From positions 928,001 through 992,000 of the forward strand of contig CBDFJG010000004.1 of NCBI GenBank assembly GCA_965248445.1: a stretch of DNA of 64,000 bases, given 5' to 3'. Made by a program: the position numbers and the translations under genes. The notes beneath the pieces are model-generated. The model was given only the letters and a program-made list of their open reading frames with translations. It was not told the origin of the DNA and made no database searches. This DNA is from Planctomycetota bacterium. Lineage in GTDB: Bacteria > Planctomycetota > JAJSAM01 > JAJVHW01. Shown piece by piece: positions 20,147 to 29,766 of this stretch; within the stretch, counting starts at the first letter, position 1; each line of letters opens with the position of its first letter.

Positions 20147-20860
20147 CTACAGCCAGAGCAGCTTCCCGAACAGCCACGTCACGCCGTCCCAGAGCAGCAT
20201 GAGCGGACCGCGTGTGCGCTTCTCCTTGAGGTTCACGTTGACCTGAGAGAGCGCGAGGTGCTCGTCGAGGAACTTGCGCCGTCCCTCGAGCAGTTCGATT
20301 CGCTCCTGCGTCTCGCGCAGCGCCTGCTCGACCTTCAGCATCTCGTCCACGCCGGTCGCCTTGCGCAACAGTGCGCCGTACGCGTCCCGCGCCTCACGCG
20401 CGTTCTTGAGCCGAACCTCGAGATCGACGTACTCGGCGGTGACGTCCTTCCCGGACAGACTCTTGTGGTTCACTTCGCCCAGTTCTCCGAGCGCCGTGAG
20501 CGCTGACTCGAATCCGCGCACCGGCACCTTGATCGCGTAGTGCGTGCGGCTCGACGAGAGCACGAAGCCCCCGGACGACTCCGCCAGCGCGACGATGGCG
20601 TTGCCCGCCTCGTCGAGGTCTCTCACACCGAGGGTCATCCCGGCCGTGCGGATGATCTTCCGGTTCGCGGCCGCACCGCTGTCCTCTCGGACACGCTGCC
20701 GGGCCTGCTCCGCGTCCGCGTACAGCCCCTCGGCAGCCGGCGCCATGGCGGGCTTCGCCACGCCGCTCGCGGGCGTCCATTGGTCGAGCGCCGTGCTGCT
20801 GCACGCCACCGAAAGGGCCGCTGCTACCAGACACAGGACGACGAGAACGGACGAGCGCAC
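20147..20860 (-). CDS. DUF4349 domain lipoprotein
   Basis: Lipobox SVAC; RKIIRTA, DVTAEYVDLEVRL, coiled coil; GGAGG RBS before GTG 20860. Confidence 0.85.
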   Translation of the reverse strand: MRSSVLVVLCLVAAALSVACSSTALDQWTPASGVAKPAMAPAAEGLYADAEQARQRVREDSGAAANRKIIRTAGMTLGVRDLDEAGNAIVALAESSGGFVLSSSRTHYAIKVPVRGFESALTALGELGEVNHKSLSGKDVTAEYVDLEVRLKNAREARDAYGALLRKATGVDEMLKVEQALRETQERIELLEGRRKFLDEHLALSQVNVNLKEKRTRGPLMLLWDGVTWLFGKLLWL

Positions 20861-20969
20861 GGTCACCTCCCTCTGACTGGGGAGTTGGACGCCGCGCGCC
20901 CGCGATCGTTCACGGGGAATCCCGTGGAGGCCGTTTGATCCGCGGCGCAGTTCGTGGAACCGTAGGCGT

Positions 20970-21782
20970 GTGCGCGTTCCGCTCCTGACCCTCGCCCTCC
21001 TCGCTGCCGGCCTCATGGCCTGCGGCGAGAACGGGGATTCCGCCGCCGAGCGCGTCCGCCTGGCCACGACGACCAGCACCGAGAACTCGGGACTGCTCGA
21101 CCATCTGCTGCCGTCGTTCGAGGAGGCCACGGGTCTGCGCGTCGACGTGATTGCGGTCGGGACGGGCCAGGCGCTCGCCAATGCCGAACGGGGCGACGCG
21201 GACCTGATACTCGTGCATGCGCGCGAGCGGGAGGACGCTTTCGTCACCGCCGGCCACGGCATCGACCGGCGCGACATGATGTGGAACGACTTCGTGATCG
21301 TGGGGCCGCCCGACGATCCGGCCGGTATCCACGGCGAGACAAATGCCGCGCTCGCGCTCCCCCGGATTGCCGACTCTGGCAACGTGTTCGTGTCCCGCGG
21401 GGACGACTCCGGCACACACATTCGCGAACTGGCGTTGTGGGAAGCGACGCACAGCTATCCGCGGGACGGATACCTCGAGGCCGGTCAGGGCATGGGGGCG
21501 TGCCTCGTCATCGCGCACGAGAAGCGCGGCTACACGCTGACCGATCGCGGCACGTTCCTCGCGTTCCGAGATCGACTGGATCTCGTCGTTCACGTCGAGG
21601 GGGACGTGAGGTTGCGCAATCCGTACGGCGCGATCCTCGTGAACCCAGAGAAGCACGAGCACGTCAACGCCGACGGTGCGCGGAAGCTGATCGACTACCT
21701 GACGTCCGACGAGGGCCAGGCGGCCATCGGGGGGTTTCGCGTCGGCGACGAGGTTCTCTTCCACCCCGCGCGGGAGCCGTAG
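20970..21782 (+). CDS. tupA: Tungstate ABC transporter substrate-binding lipoprotein
   Basis: LATTTSTENSGLL (TTTS motif), AVGTGQAL, FVSRGDDSGTH, YTLTDRGT. Confidence 0.92.
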   Translation: MRVPLLTLALLAAGLMACGENGDSAAERVRLATTTSTENSGLLDHLLPSFEEATGLRVDVIAVGTGQALANAERGDADLILVHAREREDAFVTAGHGIDRRDMMWNDFVIVGPPDDPAGIHGETNAALALPRIADSGNVFVSRGDDSGTHIRELALWEATHSYPRDGYLEAGQGMGACLVIAHEKRGYTLTDRGTFLAFRDRLDLVVHVEGDVRLRNPYGAILVNPEKHEHVNADGARKLIDYLTSDEGQAAIGGFRVGDEVLFHPAREP

Positions 21783-21788
21783 CGGGCC

Positions 21789-22484
21789 GTGGACTTCCTC
21801 CTGGACGGACTTGCCGAGGCATGGCGCGTTGTCGCGCGCGGCGACCGCGAGGTCCTGCACGCGGTCTACGTGTCCGTGTTCTGTTCGTTCACGGCGGTGT
21901 CGCTGGCGGCGCTGGTGGCGTTCCCGTACGGCGCATGGCTCGGGCTGACCCGACGGGCCAAGGGCGGCTTCCAGATCTTCCTGCTGCGCGTCGGCATGTT
22001 CACGCCGACGGTGGTGGTGGGGCTGATCGTGTACGGCATCCTGTCCCGTCGCGGGATGCTCGGCAGCCTCGACCTGCTCTACACGAAGGGCGCGATCATC
22101 GCGGGCGAGGTGATGCTCGCCTTCCCGCTGCTCGCTGTGATCGTGCACGGTGTCGTTGCCGGGCTCGACCGGAGGGTCGAAGAGACAGCGCGCACTCTGG
22201 GTGCCGGCCGGATGCGAACGCTCTGGACCGTGCTCGGCGAAGTGCGTCCTGCACTCATCGCGGCTTACCTCACCGGACTCGCCCGGTGCTTCTCCGAACT
22301 CGGCGTAGCGCTCACCGTCGGCGGGAACCTGCGGATGCGTACACGCACGCTGTCGTCGACGATCACGCTGGAACTGCGGCGCGGCGAGTTCGCGCTGGGT
22401 CTGGCGAACGGGATCATCCTCCTGGTGCTGGCGGTCGGCGCCGCGCTCCTGGCGCAGCGGCTCAGCCGGGATAAGACAACATGA
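21789..22484 (+). CDS. tupB: Tungstate ABC transporter permease
   Basis: PTVVVGL, LSRRGMLG, SELGVALTVGGN...TRTL; operon position. Confidence 0.88.
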   Translation: MDFLLDGLAEAWRVVARGDREVLHAVYVSVFCSFTAVSLAALVAFPYGAWLGLTRRAKGGFQIFLLRVGMFTPTVVVGLIVYGILSRRGMLGSLDLLYTKGAIIAGEVMLAFPLLAVIVHGVVAGLDRRVEETARTLGAGRMRTLWTVLGEVRPALIAAYLTGLARCFSELGVALTVGGNLRMRTRTLSSTITLELRRGEFALGLANGIILLVLAVGAALLAQRLSRDKTT

Positions 22485-23044
22485 TCCGACTGAACGGAAT
22501 CGAGGTCCGCTTCGGCGACGTGCGCGCTCTCGCGCTCGCGCGCCTGGAGATCGCCGGCGGCCAGCGGCTCGGCGTTCTGGGCGGGAACGGAACGGGCAAG
22601 TCGACGCTCCTGCGCGTGCTCTCCGGCCTGCTCCCGCCGTCGTCGGGAACCGTGGAGGGACTGCCTCCGCCGGGCCGGGTCGTGCTGGTGCACCAGCGGC
22701 CGTACCTGTTCCGTGGGACCGCGCGGGGCAACGTCGCGTATGCACTGCGACTCGGTGACCGCCCGCTCAACGAGGCGGACGAGTGGTTGACGCGGTTGGG
22801 TGCGGCGCACGTGGCGGACCGGCCCGCGAAGGACCTCTCCGGCGGGGAGCGGCGGCGCGTCGCGATCGCTCGCGGGCTGGCGGCTCGCCCCGAGGTGTTG
22901 TTGCTCGACGAACCACTCGCCGCGCTGGACGACCCAGGCCGGGCGTCCGTCGGCGCCGCGATCGCCGCGTTCGACGGGACGCTCGTGGTCGCCGCGCCCG
23001 AACTGATGGGCATCAGCGTCGAACGCACGATCGAGCTGGCGTAG
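22481..23044 (+). CDS. tupC: Tungstate ABC transporter ATP-binding protein
   Basis: GGNGTGKST, LSGGE, LLLDEP; overlaps the tupB stop. Confidence 0.82.
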   Translation: MIRLNGIEVRFGDVRALALARLEIAGGQRLGVLGGNGTGKSTLLRVLSGLLPPSSGTVEGLPPPGRVVLVHQRPYLFRGTARGNVAYALRLGDRPLNEADEWLTRLGAAHVADRPAKDLSGGERRRVAIARGLAARPEVLLLDEPLAALDDPGRASVGAAIAAFDGTLVVAAPELMGISVERTIELA

Positions 23045-23059
23045 GCCCGTTGAACCAGC

Positions 23060-23992
23060 TCAGCGACGGCGCAGCGTCAGAGTCGCGAGTCCGGAGCGCC
23101 CGAGCACACGGACGGCGCGTTCGCCCGTGTCGGCGTCCCGCGCGACCCGGACGCGGATGCGGACGCGATTGGCGGTGACGCGCAGGATGCGTCTCACCTC
23201 GATCCCAGCGCCGACGTCGAAGTCGGACGGCACGTAGCGCTCGCGACGGAGCGTGGCGGTGTCTGCGGGATCGACGTCGCGGCGAACCGTCAGCCGCCGG
23301 GTCCTGGCGCGTCGGCGAACGCGCATGCGGCGAGGCCGCACGGATGTGGGGGCGCGCTCGAAGAGCGGCTCGCCTCCGCTGGTCCCGGCGATGTCGAACG
23401 GACCGAGCCACAGGTTCGACCCCGCAATGCCGCCCGTCAGGTTCGCCCAGAACCGGCACGTTTCCACGCACACGTACGCGATCACGTTGTCCCCGTCCGC
23501 GACATCCGGGGATGAGATGCGGACCGGTACTACCCCCGCGAGGTCTCCGTCAGGGCAGCGCAGTTCGACGGGATCGAATCCATCCAGTGGCTGCTCCGTG
23601 CCGTCCAGGAACCAGCGGTTGTTGAGCGCCAGCGTCTGGTCGACGATCCAGGCGTCGACCTCGGGGCTGTTGCACGAGACGATCTCGTCGACAACGAGTC
23701 GCGGGCGTTCTTCCAGTGTGAGAAGCAGCGTGCCGCTCAGCGACACGCGCCGCCCCCGGAAGGAGGTCAGGTCGACGTCCTCGCTTGCGGGGGTGAGGAA
23801 GACAACACGGCTGGCGTCGGTGTCGCCGGCCCCGCCGACCGGGTAGATACCGAACTGCGGCCCTGGGCCGAACAGGAACGGCGCGACGACTTCGTGCACG
23901 TAGCCGTCGATCACGACCGGATCTTCGTCCTGGCCGCTGCCGGCCGAGGCGGCCAGCAGGACGCAGGCGACGAACGGAACGAGTGAGCGCAT
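23060..23992 (-). CDS. Secreted hypothetical protein with acidic body and Arg-rich C-terminal domain
   Basis: Signal peptide MRSLVPFVACVLLAASAG from ATG 23992. Confidence 0.7.
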   Translation of the reverse strand: MRSLVPFVACVLLAASAGSGQDEDPVVIDGYVHEVVAPFLFGPGPQFGIYPVGGAGDTDASRVVFLTPASEDVDLTSFRGRRVSLSGTLLLTLEERPRLVVDEIVSCNSPEVDAWIVDQTLALNNRWFLDGTEQPLDGFDPVELRCPDGDLAGVVPVRISSPDVADGDNVIAYVCVETCRFWANLTGGIAGSNLWLGPFDIAGTSGGEPLFERAPTSVRPRRMRVRRRARTRRLTVRRDVDPADTATLRRERYVPSDFDVGAGIEVRRILRVTANRVRIRVRVARDADTGERAVRVLGRSGLATLTLRRR

Positions 23993-24127
23993 CGTGACCT
24001 TCTGTTCTTCTGCGGGACGCGCTCTGCGATGCGCCCCGAACCCTGATTCTACGCGGAATCGATCCGGCCGTGCACAGGACCCGGTGTGCGAGCCTGGGAG
24101 GAGACGACAGTCGCGCGAGGGGACGAC

Positions 24128-25054
24128 ATGGGGACGCACGAGTACCAGGACGATCCGCGCAACGCCGGTGTCTTCATCTCGATCAACGGCGAGTTGCACC
24201 GTCGCCCGGACGCGAAGGTCTCGGTGATGGATGCCGGCTTCCTGCTGGGCGACGGCGTGTGGGAGAGCTTCCGGCTGCACGAGGGGACGCTCGTGTTCAT
24301 CGAAGACCACCTTGATCGGCTGTTCCGCGGTGCGGAGACCATCGCGCTCGACATCGGTCGCACGCGCGAAGAGCTTCGTGCCGCGATCGACGAGGTCGTC
24401 AGTGCCAACGACATGCACGATGCGGTTCATGTACGGCTGATCGTCACGCGCGGACTGAAACCGACGCCGTACCAGGATCCGCGCGTCATTTCGAGCGCTC
24501 CGACGGTCGTGATCATCCCCGAGCACAAGCGCGCGAACCCGGCGCGAGCAGCCGGTGGCATCCGGCTCGTGACGGTCGACGTGCGGCGGGGCGAGCAGAA
24601 CGTGCAGGACCCGCGCATCAACAGCCTGTCCAAGCACAACTGCATCGCGGCGTGCGTGGACGCCGCCCGAAAGGGCGGTGAAGAGGGTCTGATGCTCGAT
24701 CCGCGCGGCTTCGTGGCGACGTGCAACTCCACGCACTTCTTCGTAGTGCGGGGGGGGGGGGGGGGGGGGGGGGGGGAGGTCTGGACCTCCACCGGCGAGC
24801 ACTGTCTCGACGGCATCACCCGCCGCAAGGTGCTCGACTTGTGTCACGCCAACGGGATCCCGGCGTACGAGAGAGACTTCACCGTTGCGGACGTGCACAC
24901 GGCGGACGAAGCGTTCGTCACGGGGACGTTCGCGGGGCTGATCCCGGCGATCGAGATCGACGGCATCGAACTATCGGGCGGGAAGCGCGGACCGATGGTC
25001 GAACGCCTGCAGAATCTCTACATCGAACTCGTACGGAGCCAGGTGGGTGGCTGA
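24128..25054 (+). CDS. PLP-dependent aminotransferase class IV (BCAT/D-amino acid aminotransferase family)
   Basis: AKVSVMDAGFLLGDGVWESFR, HLDRLF, CLDGITRR, ADEAFVTGT; in-frame G27 tract. Confidence 0.92.
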   Translation: MGTHEYQDDPRNAGVFISINGELHRRPDAKVSVMDAGFLLGDGVWESFRLHEGTLVFIEDHLDRLFRGAETIALDIGRTREELRAAIDEVVSANDMHDAVHVRLIVTRGLKPTPYQDPRVISSAPTVVIIPEHKRANPARAAGGIRLVTVDVRRGEQNVQDPRINSLSKHNCIAACVDAARKGGEEGLMLDPRGFVATCNSTHFFVVRGGGGGGGGEVWTSTGEHCLDGITRRKVLDLCHANGIPAYERDFTVADVHTADEAFVTGTFAGLIPAIEIDGIELSGGKRGPMVERLQNLYIELVRSQVGG

Positions 25055-25784
25055 CGACGTCGTCCGAATCTCGATGTGGTCAGGCCCGCGGAACATCTCC
25101 ACCGCGATGATGCGGTCCTTCGAGAACCGCGAGGACGCCGCCGTCACGGACGAGCCGTTCTACGCGCACTACCTCGCGGGTACCGACGTGCAGCACCCAG
25201 GGCGCGACGAGGTCCTGGCGCGCTACGAGACGGACTGGCGCCGGGTCGCGGAACAGCTCGCAGGAGCGCCGCCCGGCACCGCCCGCGTCTGGTACCAGAA
25301 GCAGATGACGCACCACCTGCTTCCGCACGCGGGCCGGGACTGGTTCGGTGCCGTCACTCACTGCTTCCTGATCCGCGATCCGCGCGAGGTGCTACTCAGT
25401 TACGCGAAGCGCTTCGACGACGTCACGCTGGATCTCGTCGGCTTCGTGCAGCAGACGGAGATCTACGACGACGTCGTCGCGCGTACCGGTCAGACCCCGC
25501 CGGTCATCGACGCCCGCGACGTGCTTGAAGACCCGAGAGGGACGCTCACGGCGCTCTGCCAAGCGACGGGCATCCCGTTCAGCCCGCGCATGCTCTCGTG
25601 GCCGGAGGGACCGCGGGACACCGACGGGATCTGGGCGTCACACTGGTACGCCGCAGTCCTCGCCTCGACCGGGTTCGCGCCGTACCGCCCGCGCGAGGGC
25701 ACGCTGCCGCCGGCACACCGAGAGATCGAACGCGCCTGCCGTCCGCACTACGAGCGTCTTCACGCTCTGCGGCTCCGGCGGTAG
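25047..25784 (+). CDS. Sulfotransferase-like P-loop protein partnered with the class IV aminotransferase
   Basis: MWSGPRNISTAMMRSF, DEPFY, YQKQMTHH, FLIRDP, MLSWP...WASHWY. Confidence 0.85.
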   Translation: MADDVVRISMWSGPRNISTAMMRSFENREDAAVTDEPFYAHYLAGTDVQHPGRDEVLARYETDWRRVAEQLAGAPPGTARVWYQKQMTHHLLPHAGRDWFGAVTHCFLIRDPREVLLSYAKRFDDVTLDLVGFVQQTEIYDDVVARTGQTPPVIDARDVLEDPRGTLTALCQATGIPFSPRMLSWPEGPRDTDGIWASHWYAAVLASTGFAPYRPREGTLPPAHREIERACRPHYERLHALRLRR

Positions 25785-25867
25785 GTCCACCGAGGGGCCG
25801 CAGGACCCCCGTCTGTACGATGTGGGCACATAGGCTGTGTGCATGCCCACCACCGCAATCCTCGTGT

Positions 25868-28600
25868 TCAGCCCGCTGTTGTTGGGCTTCGCGGCTCTGC
25901 TGACACTGGAGTTGCTTGCGGGTGCAGTGAGCTTCGCGTTGTCGCTGCTGCGCCGCGCGCGCTAGCCCCGATACGCACGACGTGCGCACCGGCGATCTGC
26001 GCCGCGCGTTCCGGTCGGCACGTGAGCAGGACAATCTGCACGTCGTTTCCCGCACGGGACAGCACCGCGCCCATTCGCGCCAGCCGGTCGGGATCGCTGT
26101 GGCCCAGCGCGTCGTCGAGGATGAGCGGGACGCCGCCGCTCTCCGAGACCAGCTTGGCAGCGGCGATGCGGGCGATCAGCGCCAGCTGCTCACGCGCCCC
26201 GACGCTCAGGGAGCGGAACGGTACCGTGCGGCCGCCGAGCGTGCGCGCTGCGAGCGCGAGATGCTCGTCGAGGTCGATCGCGAAGTCCTCTCCGAACACG
26301 TAGCGTCCCAGGTCGTCGATGCGCGCTGCGAGCGGCGCACGGTACGCACGACGGGCGGCGTCGCGGTGGCCCCGCAGCGTCTCGGAGAGCAGGTGGGCTG
26401 CGTTCATGCGCCTGCGCGCCGCGTCGTGCGCGTAGCTCGCTCGGTCGCGCGTCGCGACGGTCTCCGCGAGTCGTTCGCCGATGCCCTGGGCGCCCAGGAT
26501 CTCGACGCGCGCCAGTAGTCCCGACGTCTCCCGGCCGATCTCCTGCTCGCGGGACTCCGCACGGTGGAGCGCCTCGTGCGCTCCCGCAAGCGCGGCGTCG
26601 ACCAGCTCGGGTGAGGCCCGTTCGAGTGCGTTGCGTGCCGTGTTGGCGCGCAGCGCATGCTCGGCCGCGAGTTCTCGCGCGGCCACGGCGGCGGCCCGCA
26701 GGGCCTCGTCCGATCGGTGCGACCGCTGCTCTGCCAGTCGCGTCGCCTCCGCCCGGTGGGCGCCGACGAGTTCGCTCCGGTCCCTGAGGTCTGAGAGATC
26801 GCGATCTTGTAGCGACTGGACCAGCGTGCGGGAGTCCGCGACCTCGGTTTCGGCGCGCGTCAGTGCCGCAGCCACGCGGTCCCGCTCGGACTCCGCTTGC
26901 TCCGCGAGCGCCTTCGAAGTCTCGAAGTCGGGTGCGAGTGCGGGCGCTGCGACGTCCTGCGCCCGCTCGCCCGCGTAGCCGGCGACCCGGTCTGTGCGGC
27001 CCGCCAACTTGTGCCGCAGTTCGGTTTCGTCGAGATCCCGCAGTGCGCCTCGTTCGTCCTCGTCGGCGCGACGGAGCTCGTCGACGGCGCGCTCGCGTGC
27101 TCGGTGGGACTCGAGCGCACCCTCGAACGACGTCACGCCGGCGCCGTCGAGCAACGCCGCGAACGCGGCTTCTGCGGCGTCCCGCGCGCGGCGGGCATCG
27201 ACACCGGCGCCCGACTGGACCGTGACGCGGGCGAGCTCCCCGATGCGGATCGACGTCGCGTCCTCGACGGTGTGCTGCTGCTCCGACCCCGCGGGAACGC
27301 GGGATCCGTCGCCGTCGACGTCGATCTCGACATCCGCCAGTGCCTCGATACGCACAGACGCCGCCTCGGCGGCGGCGCGCGCGCGGGCCTGCGTCGCGAG
27401 CATGTGCGCGTCGCGGATCGCGGCCAGCGAGTCGTCATCGACGCGCCCCCGGTCGAGCGTGGCGGCCGCTTCGGTGCGCCGCGTGCGGGCGCCCTCGAGA
27501 CGCTTGACGCGCTCGGCGAACTGTTCGCGCTCGATCTCGTGGCGTCGGAACTCGCGATCGTCCGTGCGGCGGCGCAGGAGCCGCGCGGCCGTCTCGGCCT
27601 CCGCGCGAGCTGCGACGAGGGCCGCGTCGGCGTTCGCGAGGCGTCGGCGGACCGCCTGGAGTTCGGGAGCTGAGCCCTGACGCTCCTCGTCGAACGCGGT
27701 GAGAGCGCTCTCGGCGTCCGCGACCACTTCGATCGCCGCCACGCGCTCGTCGCGCTCGCGTACCGCGCGTTCGGCCGCACCGCGCGCGTGATCCGCCGCA
27801 GCCTGCAGTCGGTCGCGATCCCGCCGTTTCTCGTCGAGAGTTGCCTTCTCCGCCGCGCATCGCTCGACCTGCTCTTGCAGCGTCGGACGGCGTGCGACGA
27901 GCTCCGCGCGCTCTCGACGGAGTCGCTCCAGGTCGACGATCGCTTCGTCGGTCGCACGCACCGTGTCGCTCAGCTCGGCGACACGCGCTTCCGCTGCGGT
28001 CAGCGCAGCGGCGAGGTCGGTCACAGCCTTGAGAGGGTTGCCCGACTTGCCGACGTACCGCGCCGCCTCGGCCGCCGCAGCCGCGAACAACGACTCGGCT
28101 GCCGTCTGCTCCGCCGCTCCGCCGCCCGCTCTCTCGAGAGCAGAGACGAGCGAGCGCCCCGAGAGGTCCGGGGCGTCGCGCCCGTCGCCCTGCGCGATTC
28201 GCAGCGCGCGCCAGAGCGCCAGATCGACGGTCTCCGTCAAGATGGCCAACGCCCGTTCGTGGGCCTCGCGTCCGGTGTGACTCTCCGGCCGAGGTGCAGT
28301 GACCGTGAGCGTGGTCTGGGAGCGCTTGTGGAATCGCTTCTCGTACGTGAAGCGATACGGCCCCGCCTCGATCTCCGCACTGACCTCGGCGCCCTCGTCG
28401 CGGTGCACGGGCTTCACGTCGCGCACTGGCAGCGCCTTCGAGCTGTCCTGGAAGTCGAGCAGCAGATCGAGCGCCTCGGCGAGGCTCGATTTGCCGGTCT
28501 CGTTCGCGCCTTCGACCACGGTGACGCCCGTCCGGCCGAACACCGCGTTGCACTCGTCGACTCCTCGGAAGTTGCGGACGGAGAGGCGCAGGAGCCTCAT
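25868..28600 (-). CDS. Rad50/SbcC-like SMC-family ATPase (YhaN-like)
   Basis: NFRG, Walker A GANETGKS, long coiled coil, signature LSVGAREQ, Walker B LILDDALGHSD, LLTC. Confidence 0.9.
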   Translation of the reverse strand: MRLLRLSVRNFRGVDECNAVFGRTGVTVVEGANETGKSSLAEALDLLLDFQDSSKALPVRDVKPVHRDEGAEVSAEIEAGPYRFTYEKRFHKRSQTTLTVTAPRPESHTGREAHERALAILTETVDLALWRALRIAQGDGRDAPDLSGRSLVSALERAGGGAAEQTAAESLFAAAAAEAARYVGKSGNPLKAVTDLAAALTAAEARVAELSDTVRATDEAIVDLERLRRERAELVARRPTLQEQVERCAAEKATLDEKRRDRDRLQAAADHARGAAERAVRERDERVAAIEVVADAESALTAFDEERQGSAPELQAVRRRLANADAALVAARAEAETAARLLRRRTDDREFRRHEIEREQFAERVKRLEGARTRRTEAAATLDRGRVDDDSLAAIRDAHMLATQARARAAAEAASVRIEALADVEIDVDGDGSRVPAGSEQQHTVEDATSIRIGELARVTVQSGAGVDARRARDAAEAAFAALLDGAGVTSFEGALESHRARERAVDELRRADEDERGALRDLDETELRHKLAGRTDRVAGYAGERAQDVAAPALAPDFETSKALAEQAESERDRVAAALTRAETEVADSRTLVQSLQDRDLSDLRDRSELVGAHRAEATRLAEQRSHRSDEALRAAAVAARELAAEHALRANTARNALERASPELVDAALAGAHEALHRAESREQEIGRETSGLLARVEILGAQGIGERLAETVATRDRASYAHDAARRRMNAAHLLSETLRGHRDAARRAYRAPLAARIDDLGRYVFGEDFAIDLDEHLALAARTLGGRTVPFRSLSVGAREQLALIARIAAAKLVSESGGVPLILDDALGHSDPDRLARMGAVLSRAGNDVQIVLLTCRPERAAQIAGAHVVRIGASARGAAATTRSSLHPQATPVSAEPRSPTTAG

Positions 28601-29730
28601 GCGTGCCTTCCGGCCAGTCGCACCAGCAGCGCGAGCGCGTCACCGGCTACGGCGTCGCCGTCACGCGCGCGGCCCGTGAGCTCGGCGGCGGCGACCTGTG
28701 CGAACCCGGACAGATCAAGGTCGGCGAAGTCCGCGTCGTCCGGCACCACGGCGAGGTCCGTGTGGCGCTCCCATTCCTCGACGGAGGCGAACACCGCACG
28801 CGCCGCGTCGATCATCTGGTCCAGCCGCGCCTTCTGCGTCAGCGTCAGCGTGCCGCGCAGCGTCAGCTTGAGGATGGTGCGGTCACGGTCCGGCAGTTCG
28901 CCGAGTTCGCGTGCCAGGTGGTCGAGGTCGGCACAGGAGTTCAGATCGTACGCCGCGGCCACGAACCGCCATCCGCCGACGGCGTGCTCCTCGACGCGGA
29001 CCGGCTCACCGAGCGTAACCACGAGCGCGTGACCCGGCCTCTGCTCGTCGAAGCGCGTCGGCTCCGGCGCACCCGAGTACCTCACGCGGCCCGTACCGCC
29101 GACCGCGAGAGCGGAGTGATGGTCGCCCAGCGCCACATAGTGCACGCGGCCGTCGTCGAGCGCCGACTCGCAGACGTCGAGCGAGATGGCCGCCGGGTCG
29201 TCCCGGTTCGGATTCATGGAGTCGACGCTGCCGTGGGCGACGAGGACGCGACGGACCCCCGTCGCGGCGGGCGACAGGTCGCGCAGCGCATCACTCACCA
29301 GATCGCTGACCGGCCGGCGGGACGTCCACGGCACGCCGACGAGTTCCACGCCGGGCACGACGGTGACGGGCGCGCGGTCCACCAGCACGTGCACGTGTTC
29401 CGGCGCATCCTCGCGGAACACCTGCGAGGTCAGGAGCGACGATGCGTCCAGCGCATCGTGATTGCCGGGCAGCAGGTAGACGGGCACGGTGAAGGCCCGC
29501 AGTGCGTCGCATGCGCGCGCCACGGTGCGCCTGCCGACCAGGTTCGTCTCGAAGACGTCTCCGGCCACGACGCAGAAGTCGCAGGCCTCGCGCTCAGCGA
29601 TCCGGGCGAGCGCACGGATCGCGTTGACGCGAGCTTCCGAGAACCGAGCCTGGGCGTCCTCGTCGAGGAAGTGCCGGGTCATCCCGAGCTGCCAGTCGGA
29701 GGTGTGCAGGAAGCGAATCGGTGTGCGCAC
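28597..29730 (-). CDS. Mre11/SbcD-like DNA repair exonuclease (metallophosphoesterase)
   Basis: FLHTSDWQLG, AGDVFE, LPGNHD, AHG, ALGDHH, YSGAPE; ATGA overlap with the ATPase. Confidence 0.92.
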   Translation of the reverse strand: MRTPIRFLHTSDWQLGMTRHFLDEDAQARFSEARVNAIRALARIAEREACDFCVVAGDVFETNLVGRRTVARACDALRAFTVPVYLLPGNHDALDASSLLTSQVFREDAPEHVHVLVDRAPVTVVPGVELVGVPWTSRRPVSDLVSDALRDLSPAATGVRRVLVAHGSVDSMNPNRDDPAAISLDVCESALDDGRVHYVALGDHHSALAVGGTGRVRYSGAPEPTRFDEQRPGHALVVTLGEPVRVEEHAVGGWRFVAAAYDLNSCADLDHLARELGELPDRDRTILKLTLRGTLTLTQKARLDQMIDAARAVFASVEEWERHTDLAVVPDDADFADLDLSGFAQVAAAELTGRARDGDAVAGDALALLVRLAGRHA

Positions 29731-29766
29731 GGGGAGTCGAGACTACGCACGGCACGGACAGGGCTC

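Noticed and set aside
25868..25970. Atypical C-terminal tail of the Rad50-like ATPase as a separate domain
   Set aside because: Probably run-on past a lost or miscalled stop near GGGGCTAG (about 25962); no motif.
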